A DNA stretch of 48,841 nt from Theionarchaea archaeon (GCA_018992565.1 JACVGW010000006.1:2441-51281), one strand, 5' to 3'; shown: positions 1 through 9,511, counted from the stretch's first letter. The notes: generated from the letters alone by a model not told the origin. Numbers and translations: made by a program.

Positions 1-554
1 ATCTCATTGTCTACAGCTGCCACAATACCTGCGCAGTGACTTCCATGACCATGGTCATCGTCAAAGTTGTTGGGATCTTTGTACTTCCCGGAAGGTGCAA
101 TGGCATTGAATCCGCCTTTAATGTTTGCCTCCAGGTCTGGGTGGTCCATGTCAATTCCTGTATCCACGATAGCTACCTTCACACCGCTTCCCGTGCTGGT
201 ACTCCAAGCCAGATCAGCATCGATCCTGTCAACGCCCCACGGAAGTTCTTCAGGGGGAGGTCCGGGCTTGCCTTTTACATCCACTGGGGGGGCCACGTAT
301 GGCCTGTAGTGGTCTATCTGAATGTACTTAATGTGAGGATTCCTGGATAGAGCTTCAATAGCATGTTCAGGCAACGATGCCACCACAGCTGGAATCAAAT
401 GGAGTGTCTGATGAACCTGTCCATACTGGCTTACCAGCCCTACATCTGGTCCTGTGTTGAAGACTATAATCACCCTCTCAGATGCAGGAGCAGACACTGA
501 ATACAATGACAACAGTAGAAATGCAATGAGAGTTCCGGCTGCAAATCTCTTCAT
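1..554 (-). CDS. Secreted subtilisin-like S8 serine peptidase (5' part; runs off the window edge)
   Basis: Not in the ORF track. Manual translation from ATG at 554 gives signal peptide MKRFAAGTLIAFLLLSLYSVSA, an I9-like propeptide, then PWGVDRIDA...GSGVKVAIVDTGID (catalytic Asp) and DDHGHGSHCAG (catalytic His). AAGGAGGTG RBS upstream. Confidence 0.93.
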   Translation of the reverse strand, partial: MKRFAAGTLIAFLLLSLYSVSAPASERVIIVFNTGPDVGLVSQYGQVHQTLHLIPAVVASLPEHAIEALSRNPHIKYIQIDHYRPYVAPPVDVKGKPGPPPEELPWGVDRIDADLAWSTSTGSGVKVAIVDTGIDMDHPDLEANIKGGFNAIAPSGKYKDPNNFDDDHGHGSHCAGIVAAVDNE

Positions 555-596
555 GTCTCTCACCTCCTTTTATTTCTCTTTCTTAGGGGTCTTGTC

Positions 597-610
597 CATA
601 TAAGGTTTTC
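597..610 (-). promoter_or_regulatory. BRE/TATA promoter of the S8 peptidase gene
   Basis: Minus strand reads GAAAACCTTATATG about 45 nt upstream of the ATG; the same GAAANCCTTWW motif recurs before several genes in this window. Confidence 0.6.
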
Positions 611-842
611 TCTATCAGAGCTAAAAAGAAATTACTGTTGTGTAACCATCCTGTTATACATTACAGTCTGTCGAATTTGGCACACAGACAACTCCGATTC
701 TCCGAATCTGAATTGATTCCGCCCTGAACACATGCCACCAGGCTACAAGGTTCTCGTTGAGAACCGCTACAAGTATGGAAGAAAAACGAGGGAGAGAGAA
801 AATAATTAAACAATGTACTCAGGCAAAGAAAAAACCCACAGG

Positions 843-854
843 AGAATTTAAATA
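843..854 (+). promoter_or_regulatory. TATA box of the FAD oxidoreductase/Fe-S operon
   Basis: AGAATTTAAATA about 35 nt upstream of ATG 890. Confidence 0.5.
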
Positions 855-889
855 CCTTTTATTGATATGGTAGTGAGGAAGTGAGTATC

Positions 890-2368
890 ATGTCATCAGA
901 GGAGAGTGCAGGACCTGCCCATAGTCCAGGCTATGAAATAGTGTATCCACAAACATCCTTGTCCACCGAGAAGAAGGAACGCATCCTGGCGAACCTTCAG
1001 AAAATAGTGGGTAAGAGGAATGTCTCCTGCAGGGAAATTGACAGACTGTCATATTCCAGAGACTACTGGCCCATCGCACTGAGATGGATGCTGGAGGGAA
1101 AGGTCCCTGCCCTTCCTGATTTTGTGGTGTGGCCAGAAACCACAGACCACATTTCACACATTGTAAGAATTGCCAGTGAAGAAAAAATACCTGTTGTCCC
1201 TTTTGGAGAAGGATCAGGGGTGCTCGGAGGTGCAATCCCTGTTCAAGGGGGGATTGTTCTGGATATGAAAAAGATGAGTGCAGTCTTGACTCTCAATGAT
1301 GATAATTTGACCATAACTGTGCAGCCAGGTATCAATGGTATGAACCTGGAACGTTTCCTCAATCAAAAGGGGTATACCATGGGGCATATACCACAGTCAT
1401 TGTACTGCTCCACCGTTGGCGGATGGCTTGGTTGTAGAGCAGCGGGCCAATTCTCCACCAAGTATGGCAAAATTGATGACATACTCATTTCTCTGGAAGC
1501 CGTTCTCCCCCAGGGGACTATTATCCGGTCAAAACCTGTTCCCAAATCATCGACATGTCCCAGGATCGACACGCTTTTGCTGGGAGCAGAAGGAACCCTT
1601 GGGGTTATCACAGAAGCAACCTTCAAGATCTGGCCGTACCCTGAAAAGAGGGCATTGCAGTCCTACGCTTTTTCCACATTGAAGGATGGATTGGAATCTG
1701 TGAGAACCATTCTGCGAAGGGGAATCTTCCCTGCTGTGGTCCGTCTGTATGACCAGGCGGAGACAGAAAGGCATTTTTATAGTACAAAGAAGGCAAGAGG
1801 AAAATGCATTCTCATTTTGGTGGAAGAAGGGGACAGAGAGCTTGTAGACCTTGAAGAGGCAGTGTCTCACACAGTATGCACAGACCATGGTGGATTCCCG
1901 ACAGGAGAGGCACCTGCGGCCCACTGGATGGAGACTCGATTCAATGTGAAAGAAATTTCAGAATTTACTCCTCGAGACGTTGTTTTTGATACTATTGAGG
2001 TTTCTGTCATGTGGGACAAATCCATGGAACTGTATCAATCTGTAATTTCTGCAATGAAATCAATTGAAGGAGTGATTATTGCGTCAGCCCACGCCTCGCA
2101 TTTCTACCCCCAGGGAGTGTGTTTCTATTTTACATTCGGGGGGACATCTCTGACTGGTAGTCCTACAGACTTTTATGAGACGGTATGGAATGCTGCTATG
2201 AAAGCCTGTCTGAATGCGGGAGGTTCCATAAGTCATCACCACGGAATTGGAATTCTGCGAAGCCGGTGGATTCGAGAAGAGTTGGGACCATCTCATGATA
2301 TCCTGAAGAGTATAAAGAAAGCATTGGATCCTGAAAATGTAATGAATCCGGGAAAAATGGGGTTATAA
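890..2368 (+). CDS. FAD-binding oxidoreductase, VAO/PCMH family, alkyl-dihydroxyacetonephosphate synthase (ADPS/AgpS/YgcU)-like
   Basis: PDFVVWP, PFGEGSGVLGG, GHIPQSLYCSTVGGW, GAEGTLGVITEA, HFYPQGVCFYF and the C-terminal SHHHGIG triple-His typical of the ADPS branch; LDPENVMNPGK end. ATG 890 preferred over GTG 881. Confidence 0.85.
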   Translation: MSSEESAGPAHSPGYEIVYPQTSLSTEKKERILANLQKIVGKRNVSCREIDRLSYSRDYWPIALRWMLEGKVPALPDFVVWPETTDHISHIVRIASEEKIPVVPFGEGSGVLGGAIPVQGGIVLDMKKMSAVLTLNDDNLTITVQPGINGMNLERFLNQKGYTMGHIPQSLYCSTVGGWLGCRAAGQFSTKYGKIDDILISLEAVLPQGTIIRSKPVPKSSTCPRIDTLLLGAEGTLGVITEATFKIWPYPEKRALQSYAFSTLKDGLESVRTILRRGIFPAVVRLYDQAETERHFYSTKKARGKCILILVEEGDRELVDLEEAVSHTVCTDHGGFPTGEAPAAHWMETRFNVKEISEFTPRDVVFDTIEVSVMWDKSMELYQSVISAMKSIEGVIIASAHASHFYPQGVCFYFTFGGTSLTGSPTDFYETVWNAAMKACLNAGGSISHHHGIGILRSRWIREELGPSHDILKSIKKALDPENVMNPGKMGL

Positions 2369-2369
2369 C

Positions 2370-3569
2370 ATGCTGGAAGAATTCAAGAAGTATCTCTGGG
2401 TAGCAAAAGCCATCTCCAGGCTTACCCTGTCAACACAGAAGGAAGTTGTCATCAGGTTCCTCACAGCTAAGAAGAAGTACCTTCCAGAGGACAACCCTAA
2501 GGCACAGGTAGAGGATATTCTGAAGTGCGCACTCTGTCCCAACATGTGCCGATTTGATTGTCCTGTGCTGCAGGCTGCGAAGTCCGAAACGTACTCGCCG
2601 GCAGGGAGAGCACGGATAGCGTACTTGCTGGAGATGGGAAGGGTTTCCTCTCATGATGCAGTGGAGTTGATGTATGCATGTGCTGCATGCTCTGCGTGCC
2701 AGCAATGGTGTCCTTTTGATTTTTCTGTGGATGATCTCTTGATGGGAGTGAGAAGAGATCTGGTAGATAGAAATCTAGTTCCAGAGACATTGATGGATAT
2801 TAAAGATCAGATTGTCAGGACCCGTACCATCTATCAGAATTCTAGGACTTCTCTGGGGCTGGAGCCAAGAAAGGCAGATATCCTGTATGTTGCAGGGTGC
2901 ACCGTGTTGAACAAGGAACGCATTATTGCTCAGACTGCCATGAAGATTCTGGAGAAAGCAGGGATTACGGTGACTACGTTGCCAGAGGAATGGTGTTGTG
3001 GAGCTCCTTTGAACCTTTTGGGGTTCGAAGATGATTTTAAGAAATTTGCAGCACACAATGCGGATAGTATTAAGAAGAGTGGCTGCAAAAAGATGATCTG
3101 CAGCTGCCCGGAATGTGTGTATACGTTCAAAGAAGTGTATGCTAAAGAAGGGCATCCTCTCCAGGTTGAGGTGATGCATACATCAGAATATTTCCTGGAA
3201 TTGATTGAACAGGGAAAAATACAGTTCAAAGAGCTCCAGAGAGATCTGGTATACCATGATCCATGTGTCCTGGCAAGAAAACTGCATATTACTGAACAGC
3301 CAAGGAAAGTCTTGGAAGCCATTCCAGGAGTGTCCGTGAAAGAGCCGCCTCTCACTAAAGAGCATACGCGATGCTGCGGAATAGGTGGGTTGCTGGCCAT
3401 AACTAATCCTGAGCTCTCTGTGACTCTCCTGAGAGCCAGGGATAGTGAGTTGTGTAAGCTTGCTGATACCGTAGTCACTGCCTGTCCTGCCTGCAAAATA
3501 GCCTTCAAGAGGACCAGGAACGCTGAATCACGCGATCTGTCGGAAATCGTGCTTGAGGGCATGAACTAA
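2370..3569 (+). CDS. Fe-S oxidoreductase subunit, GlpC/GlcF/HdrD-like (2x[4Fe-4S] plus two CCG domains)
   Basis: CALCPNMCRFDCP, CAACSACQQWCP, WCCG, YHDPC, RCCG, TACPAC; starts 1 nt after the upstream stop. Confidence 0.88.
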   Translation: MLEEFKKYLWVAKAISRLTLSTQKEVVIRFLTAKKKYLPEDNPKAQVEDILKCALCPNMCRFDCPVLQAAKSETYSPAGRARIAYLLEMGRVSSHDAVELMYACAACSACQQWCPFDFSVDDLLMGVRRDLVDRNLVPETLMDIKDQIVRTRTIYQNSRTSLGLEPRKADILYVAGCTVLNKERIIAQTAMKILEKAGITVTTLPEEWCCGAPLNLLGFEDDFKKFAAHNADSIKKSGCKKMICSCPECVYTFKEVYAKEGHPLQVEVMHTSEYFLELIEQGKIQFKELQRDLVYHDPCVLARKLHITEQPRKVLEAIPGVSVKEPPLTKEHTRCCGIGGLLAITNPELSVTLLRARDSELCKLADTVVTACPACKIAFKRTRNAESRDLSEIVLEGMN

Positions 3570-3750
3570 GGTGAGTTGGGATTCCAGTAGAGAAGAGGTT
3601 GGAGACCGTCTTGGTAAAAAGCATCTGGAGGAGGGAGCTCCTATCCCTATTATGAATAGATCTTGTATCTTGGATCCTGAAGTCTCTTTCCCTTCTCTTT
3701 TCTATTCTGGTGGGGAATTTCCTCTTTCTTCTCAACCCAGTATGTAGTAT

Positions 3751-3765
3751 AGAAACCTTTAAAAT
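3751..3765 (+). promoter_or_regulatory. BRE/TATA promoter of the glpA-like operon
   Basis: AGAAACCTTTAAAAT, followed by a GGAGG RBS before ATG 3808. Confidence 0.6.
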
Positions 3766-3807
3766 CTAGCCCTTTCTAATGATCCTGAAGCTAATGGAGG
3801 GACTGCC

Positions 3808-5565
3808 ATGACTGCAGAGGAGAGAATCGAGAGGAAGTTAAGAAAATTCTTAAAAGAAAAGGAATTCTTAACTGTAACGGTTTCTGTAAGGGATGGAATT
3901 GTAGTCTTTGATGGATCGGTTAACACTTGGGATGATGTGATCCAGATAGGTCATTTTGCAGGCTTGCTGAAAGGTGTTAAGGGGGTCATCAATGAGGTCA
4001 GACATAGAGACATGAAAGCATCCAGGGAAAAACCTCAGAGGTCTATGAGAGAACATGGAGAAGGAATAACCTTTCCAGAGAAGGCAGATGTGGTCATTAT
4101 TGGAGCGGGTGTAATTGGCTGTTTCATTGCCAGGGAGCTGTCCCGGTATGATCTTGACGTCATAGTGGTCGAAAAAGAATCAGATGTAGCATGTGGGGCT
4201 ACTAAGGCCAACAATGGACAAATCCACACAGGGATTGGAGAGAAATCTGGCACTCTCAAGAAAGAGCTCTGTGCCGAAGCCTGGCCCCTTTACCAGAAGA
4301 TTGCAGCAGATCTGGATATTCCTTACAAGAGAAATGGACTGCTCGTCTTACTGACAGAGGAGAGTCTGCCCCAATGGGTTCCTTCGTTTCTTTCCCGGCC
4401 TATTCTCAAGTACCTATTGCCATATTTAGCAGTCAGAAAGGGTAGAGCTGCAGGAGATACACCCCGCATCGTAAGCAAGAAAGAGTTGCTGCAGATGGAG
4501 CCCCATATAACGAAGAAAGCAGTGAGGGGAGTACTCATGCCAGGATATGGTGTGACCTGTCCATATAAGTTGACTATTGCTCTGGCGGAAAACGCCGTTG
4601 AGAATGGGGTTGCCTTTGTCTTGGACACTGAGGTGCTGGATATCATAGTGGAGGACAATGCTGTCCAGAAGGTGGTAACCTCACGAGGAGATATAGTGTG
4701 TAAGACCATAGTCAATGCAGCCGGTGTGTATGCGGATGTAGTGGCAGAGATGGCAGGGGCCAGAGAGTTCACAATTCACCCCCGGAAAGGAAGCATCCTC
4801 TTATTTGACAAGACTGAAGGATATATCAAGCACCAGCTCAGCGAGTTGCGATTTCCCCAAGACCCTCACACAAAGGGGGGTGGAGTTCTGGAGACAGTGG
4901 ATGGTAACATGTTGTGGGGACCTACAGCAGTGGAAGTCCCAGACAAAGAAGATAGATCCGTCAGCAGAAGTGAACTTCTAAATATGGTGGAAAAATACCA
5001 TCCTGCAGTTCCTGAATTACCCTTGAATTCTGTCATTACCTATTTTGCAGGAGTAAGGGCTGCCACCTACACTGAGGATTTTGTAATTGGACCATCCAGA
5101 GTTGCAGGATTCATTCATGCAGCTGGTATACAATCTCCAGGGTTGACAGCTGCCCCTGTGATTGCCAGGAAGGTAGTGGATACATTAAGAGATACAGGGG
5201 TTCAGTTGAAGGAGAAAGAGGGGTTTAGCCCAGTGAGGAGAGCACCTCCAGTATTCAAAGCACTATCTGCAGCAGAAAAGGCAGAATTTATCAAGAGGGA
5301 TTCAAGGTATGGACATGTGGTATGCCGATGTGAACAGATAACTGAAGCTGAAATTGTCAATGCAATCCATGGGTTGATACCTGCTGTTACTCTGGATGCA
5401 GTGAAGAGGAGAACCAGGGCAGGGATGGGGAGGTGCCAGGGTGGGTTCTGTGGACCCAGGGTGGCTGAGATACTGGGGAGAGAATTAGGCATACCCTTAG
5501 AGAAAGTGACAAAGAAGGGCGGAGAATCGTACATTGTTTCCAGGAAGACTAAGGTGGTCCCGTGA
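3808..5565 (+). CDS. Glycerol-3-phosphate dehydrogenase-like FAD oxidoreductase (GlpA/LhgO family) with N-terminal BON domain and C-terminal BFD-like [2Fe-2S] domain
   Basis: DVVIIGAGVIG, GATKANNGQIH, NAAGVYAD, GIQSPGLTAAP; CRCE...RRTRAGMGRCQGGFC; N-terminal VTVSVRDGIVVFDGSV...KGVKGVINEV BON-like pattern; glycerol kinase nearby. Confidence 0.85.
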   Translation: MTAEERIERKLRKFLKEKEFLTVTVSVRDGIVVFDGSVNTWDDVIQIGHFAGLLKGVKGVINEVRHRDMKASREKPQRSMREHGEGITFPEKADVVIIGAGVIGCFIARELSRYDLDVIVVEKESDVACGATKANNGQIHTGIGEKSGTLKKELCAEAWPLYQKIAADLDIPYKRNGLLVLLTEESLPQWVPSFLSRPILKYLLPYLAVRKGRAAGDTPRIVSKKELLQMEPHITKKAVRGVLMPGYGVTCPYKLTIALAENAVENGVAFVLDTEVLDIIVEDNAVQKVVTSRGDIVCKTIVNAAGVYADVVAEMAGAREFTIHPRKGSILLFDKTEGYIKHQLSELRFPQDPHTKGGGVLETVDGNMLWGPTAVEVPDKEDRSVSRSELLNMVEKYHPAVPELPLNSVITYFAGVRAATYTEDFVIGPSRVAGFIHAAGIQSPGLTAAPVIARKVVDTLRDTGVQLKEKEGFSPVRRAPPVFKALSAAEKAEFIKRDSRYGHVVCRCEQITEAEIVNAIHGLIPAVTLDAVKRRTRAGMGRCQGGFCGPRVAEILGRELGIPLEKVTKKGGESYIVSRKTKVVP

Positions 5566-6830
5566 AGGTTGATATTGTAATCATTGGGGGAGGTCCTGCA
5601 GGCCTAGCGGCCGCTCTAAGTGCATACAAGGCCGGAGTCACCCACGTGATGGTTCTAGAGCGAGATTTCGAACTGGGAGGTATACTTCCTCAGTGTATTC
5701 ATGATGGGTTTGGAAATTTCGTTTTTGGTGAGATGTTAACGGGTCCTGAATATGCTCAGAGATACATCGCAGAGATGGAGAATACGGGAATTACAGTGAT
5801 GCTAAACAGCATGGTAGTGGACTTAGACTCTGATAAGAAGGTGACTGCTGTGAACCCCGAACAAGGAGTGGTTACTCTGGAGGCGAAAGCTGTAATTCTT
5901 GCCATGGGGTGCAGGGAGAGAACCCGGTCGCAGATCTTGATCCCAGGAGAAAGGCCATCAGGCATCTATACTGCAGGGGTTGCTCAGCGGTTCATCAACA
6001 TGGAAGGGTTACTTCCTGGGAAGAAGGTGGTCGTTCTGGGCTCAGGAGATGTGGGGTTGATCATGGCGCGGCGATTCACTCTGGAAGGCGCAGAAGTGGA
6101 AGGTGTGTATGAGATCTTGCCCAGACCTGGGGGATTAACCCGAAATGTGGTCCAGTGCCTTGAGGATTATGGGATACCTCTGCACCTTTCACATACAATT
6201 GTTGATATTAAAGGAAAGGAGAGAGTCGAAGGTGTGACAGTGGCACAAGTAGATGAGAGGTTCAGGCCTGTGCCTGGGACGGAACGGTACATCCCCTGTG
6301 ATACAGTATTGCTATCTGTGGGGCTCATTCCAGAAAATGAGTTATCAAAGAGAGTTGATATTGAAATGGACTTGATTACAGGGGGGCCGGTGGTGGATGA
6401 GTCTATGCAAACGTCCGTTCCGGGTATATTTGCCTGTGGGAATGTGGTGCATGTCCATGATCTGGTAGATGATGTATCACGAGCTGCTGAAGTCGCTGGA
6501 AAAGGTGCTGCAGCCTACATTAAGGAAACTTTAGAGAGAAGAGACACTGTCATTTCGGTAAAAAAGGGAAGAAATGTCAGCTACGTTGTTCCCCAAATAA
6601 TTCGGGGATATGCCAGAGAGGATATTGTACTTTACCTACGTGTAAAAGAAATCGAGAAAAATGTAAAGGTCGTTGTATCTTCAGAAGGAGAGATAATCAA
6701 AGAAAGAAGGGAGAGGATTGTAAGACCTCCTGAAATGATCAAAGTGCAGGTGGGGAAAGACATGCTTGAAAAGGTTAAAGATGGACTGCAGGTTGATGTT
6801 AGTGGATCAGACGCAGGAAGCGGTGTATGA
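5562..6830 (+). CDS. NAD(P)/FAD-dependent pyridine nucleotide-disulfide oxidoreductase, partner of the GlpA-like subunit
   Basis: IIGGGPAGL, GGILPQCIHDGFG, LAMGCRER, GSGDVGLIMA, GIFACGNVVHVHDLVD; GTGA overlap with the upstream stop. Confidence 0.88.
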   Translation: MKVDIVIIGGGPAGLAAALSAYKAGVTHVMVLERDFELGGILPQCIHDGFGNFVFGEMLTGPEYAQRYIAEMENTGITVMLNSMVVDLDSDKKVTAVNPEQGVVTLEAKAVILAMGCRERTRSQILIPGERPSGIYTAGVAQRFINMEGLLPGKKVVVLGSGDVGLIMARRFTLEGAEVEGVYEILPRPGGLTRNVVQCLEDYGIPLHLSHTIVDIKGKERVEGVTVAQVDERFRPVPGTERYIPCDTVLLSVGLIPENELSKRVDIEMDLITGGPVVDESMQTSVPGIFACGNVVHVHDLVDDVSRAAEVAGKGAAAYIKETLERRDTVISVKKGRNVSYVVPQIIRGYAREDIVLYLRVKEIEKNVKVVVSSEGEIIKERRERIVRPPEMIKVQVGKDMLEKVKDGLQVDVSGSDAGSGV

Positions 6831-6964
6831 CCAGTGTGAGAATCCTGAATACACCAGCCAGCATGAACCTACTCCAGGCAGAGACTCACACCTTACTCGT
6901 CGTGAATTCCATGAGAAGGTATTTATTGACACTCTGCATTGAGAGTTCAAAGGGTGATTCATGA

Positions 6965-7948
6965 ATGGATCTCATATCTCATGGGCTGGTAGGAGTCGTG
7001 GTCGGCAAGGGATTGAACCTGGATAAGAAATCCTGGTTCCTCTTCGTGGCAGCATGTACTCTCCCTGATTTTGATGGAGTCTCCATTCTGGGGGGGATAG
7101 ATGCAGTATTCCAGTACCACAGAGGGATCACCCATTCAATAACCGGAATCATTGTGGGTTCTGCCATTCTGGGACTGCTATATCTTGTGATGACTGTTCG
7201 ATCACCTGGTTTCCAAAAGAGGGACGTCCTCATGATGTTCAGCCTGTTTTTGGCTGGAGCTTTCGGTCATCTATTCCTGGATTTGTTAACTCCATGGAGC
7301 ATGGCTATACTGTGGCCGTTTTCAGATGCAAGAGCAGTCTTTGATATCACCAGTTTCTTTGATCCTGTCTTTTTTGCTGTTTTCCTTTCAGCCGCCATTA
7401 TCGGTTACTATCGCAGGGATAAAAAGACCTGGAAGGTACTTACCGTAGTATCCCTTTGTCTTGTGTCCTCGTTTTTTGGCATCCGGTACTACGAAAAAGG
7501 GGTGGCTATCAGCACTGTTGAGGAACAGACAGGTGAAGAGGTTCAAGCACTTCCTACCAGTCTGCCCCACCTGTGGTCAGTAGTCGCACAGACAGAAGGT
7601 GAGAAGGTCTGGACCTATCACATCTACACAGTGAACGCTCTTTCCAGGGAGATACTGGAAACCCGCACTGTTGAAACTCTTCCCCTGACAGATACTGCTG
7701 TTGAACCTCCCATCGATTCCCCTGAAAAAGCAGCTTCTTATTCCAGAAAAGATGGGAAAATACGGGCTTTCCTGGCCAAAGCACGGCTCCCGGTAGTGGA
7801 AGTCACTGAAGCTGGAGAAGAAGGGTGGCAGGTTCTCTGGTATGACGCATTCATGGGGGACGAACCCAGACACAGCGGAATTACTGCACGTATTGGGAAG
7901 GATGGGACTATAACTGTCCACTATTCGCTATTCCCAGAAGCAAAATAG
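6965..7948 (+). CDS. Membrane-bound metal-dependent hydrolase (YdjM/DUF457 family)
   Basis: MDLISH, LPDFD, HRGITHS and GHLFLDLLT motifs among several hydrophobic helices. Confidence 0.85.
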   Translation: MDLISHGLVGVVVGKGLNLDKKSWFLFVAACTLPDFDGVSILGGIDAVFQYHRGITHSITGIIVGSAILGLLYLVMTVRSPGFQKRDVLMMFSLFLAGAFGHLFLDLLTPWSMAILWPFSDARAVFDITSFFDPVFFAVFLSAAIIGYYRRDKKTWKVLTVVSLCLVSSFFGIRYYEKGVAISTVEEQTGEEVQALPTSLPHLWSVVAQTEGEKVWTYHIYTVNALSREILETRTVETLPLTDTAVEPPIDSPEKAASYSRKDGKIRAFLAKARLPVVEVTEAGEEGWQVLWYDAFMGDEPRHSGITARIGKDGTITVHYSLFPEAK

Positions 7949-7950
7949 GT

Positions 7951-9510
7951 TCATGCCCAGTCAAATGATCTCTTGACTGCTTTCTTCCATTTTCCATACA
8001 ATTTCTCTCTTTCTGCGTGATCCATTACAGGGTGAAATCTTGAATCTACTTTCCGGTATTTCTTGAGTTCTTCCTGTGATTTCCAATATTTGACAGACAG
8101 TCCCGCAAGAAATGCTGCTCCCAGGGCAGTCGACTCCAGCAAGACAGGTCGTTCAATTTCCACATCCAGGAGGTCAGCCATGAACTGCAGTACGAAATTG
8201 TTGGAGGAAGCATTTCCATCCGCCTTTATAGTCTTGATTGCGACTCCAGAGTCTTCCTCCATTGATACCATAATGTCCCTGCAGCAGTACGCAATGGCCT
8301 CCAGAGTTGCTCTAACCACATGCTCTTTTCTTGTCCCCCTGGTCAGCCCAACTACAATTCCCCTGGCCAGAGGATCCCAATATGGCGAGGTCAGTCCCTG
8401 GAAGGCTGGGACAACGTAGACTCCTCCTGTGTCATCAACAGAACACGCTATACCATCCGTTTCTGAGGGGGTGCCGACAATCTGTAGTCCATCACACAGC
8501 CATTGCACAGCAGACCCTGTGGCTCCCAGATATCCTTCCAGCATGTAGGTTACCTTGTTATCGAGACACCAGGCAATAAGGGGTACAAGCTTGTGAGAAG
8601 AGGTTACCGGCTCCTGTCCCACGTTCATGTCAATGAAGGTGCCTGTTCCATGAGTGCACTTCACATCGCCGGGATTGAAACAGGTTTCACCAAAAAGGGC
8701 AGCCTGCTGATCAGCACACGTACCAGTGATGGGAATGGGAGTGCCGAATAGTCCAGGATCAGTTTCGCCAAAATTCCCGCTGGACTCTCTGACTTCAGGC
8801 AAGAGGGAAAGGGGGATATCAAATAGTCCCAGAAACAGGGTGCTCCACTTCAAGCTGAAGGTATCAAACATGTTGGTGGCACTGGCATTGCTGTAGTCTG
8901 TTGCATGCACCTTCCCTTTTGTGAGGTTCCAGATTAACCAGGTATCGACAGTCCCTGCCAGAAGGTCACCGTTTTCTGTTTTTTCTCGTGCGCCTTTTAC
9001 ATTACTAAGAATCCACGCAATGTGGGCTAATGAGGTAGCGGGACTAAATGAAAGGTCTGACACTGTCATCAACAATTTTCCAGTGCGTGTTTTCCTGATT
9101 GACTTAACTACACCACTTAGAGAATTGGCTGCAGAACCTACACCTCGAAAGACTCTCATCTTGAAGGCTTTGTCCTTTTTCTTACATAAATGAGCTGTTC
9201 TGGTGTCCTGCCAGGTAATAGCGTTGTAGACGGGGATACCAGTTTTCTTGTCCCAGAGCAGACTGGTGGACCTCTGGTTGGTTATTCCAATGGCTGCCAC
9301 ATCCCTTGAGGATAACCCAGCTTTCTCTAGAGATTGCTTGATCACAGTAACGCATTTCTTCCAGATAACAACAGGGTCCTGCTCACACCAGCCCGGCTCA
9401 GGGTAAAGCTGGGGGATTTCTTCATATGCTTGTGACACAATAGCGGTCTCTTTATCGAAAATAATGGACCTGATGCCTGTGGTCCCTGCATCAATTACCA
9501 AAATATACAT
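7951..9510 (-). CDS. glpK: FGGY-family glycerol kinase-like protein (GK5-like variant)
   Basis: IDAGTTG, PGWCEQDP, ITNQRST, WQDTRT, TDYSNASAT, ADQQAALFG, KCTHGTGTF, VPAFQGL; carries an extra insertion after WQDTRT. Confidence 0.85.
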   Translation of the reverse strand: MYILVIDAGTTGIRSIIFDKETAIVSQAYEEIPQLYPEPGWCEQDPVVIWKKCVTVIKQSLEKAGLSSRDVAAIGITNQRSTSLLWDKKTGIPVYNAITWQDTRTAHLCKKKDKAFKMRVFRGVGSAANSLSGVVKSIRKTRTGKLLMTVSDLSFSPATSLAHIAWILSNVKGAREKTENGDLLAGTVDTWLIWNLTKGKVHATDYSNASATNMFDTFSLKWSTLFLGLFDIPLSLLPEVRESSGNFGETDPGLFGTPIPITGTCADQQAALFGETCFNPGDVKCTHGTGTFIDMNVGQEPVTSSHKLVPLIAWCLDNKVTYMLEGYLGATGSAVQWLCDGLQIVGTPSETDGIACSVDDTGGVYVVPAFQGLTSPYWDPLARGIVVGLTRGTRKEHVVRATLEAIAYCCRDIMVSMEEDSGVAIKTIKADGNASSNNFVLQFMADLLDVEIERPVLLESTALGAAFLAGLSVKYWKSQEELKKYRKVDSRFHPVMDHAEREKLYGKWKKAVKRSFDWA

Positions 9511-9511
9511 A

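Noticed and set aside
36-350. Plus-strand ORFs of 104 and 80 aa
   Set aside because: Antisense shadows of the S8 peptidase, which has clear catalytic motifs on the minus strand.
2930-3562. 210-aa antisense ORF
   Set aside because: Entirely opposite the Fe-S subunit; no motif and no RBS.
3505-3735. 76-aa basic ORF on the minus strand
   Set aside because: No recognisable motif; arises from a pyrimidine-rich intergenic tract and overlaps the Fe-S gene.
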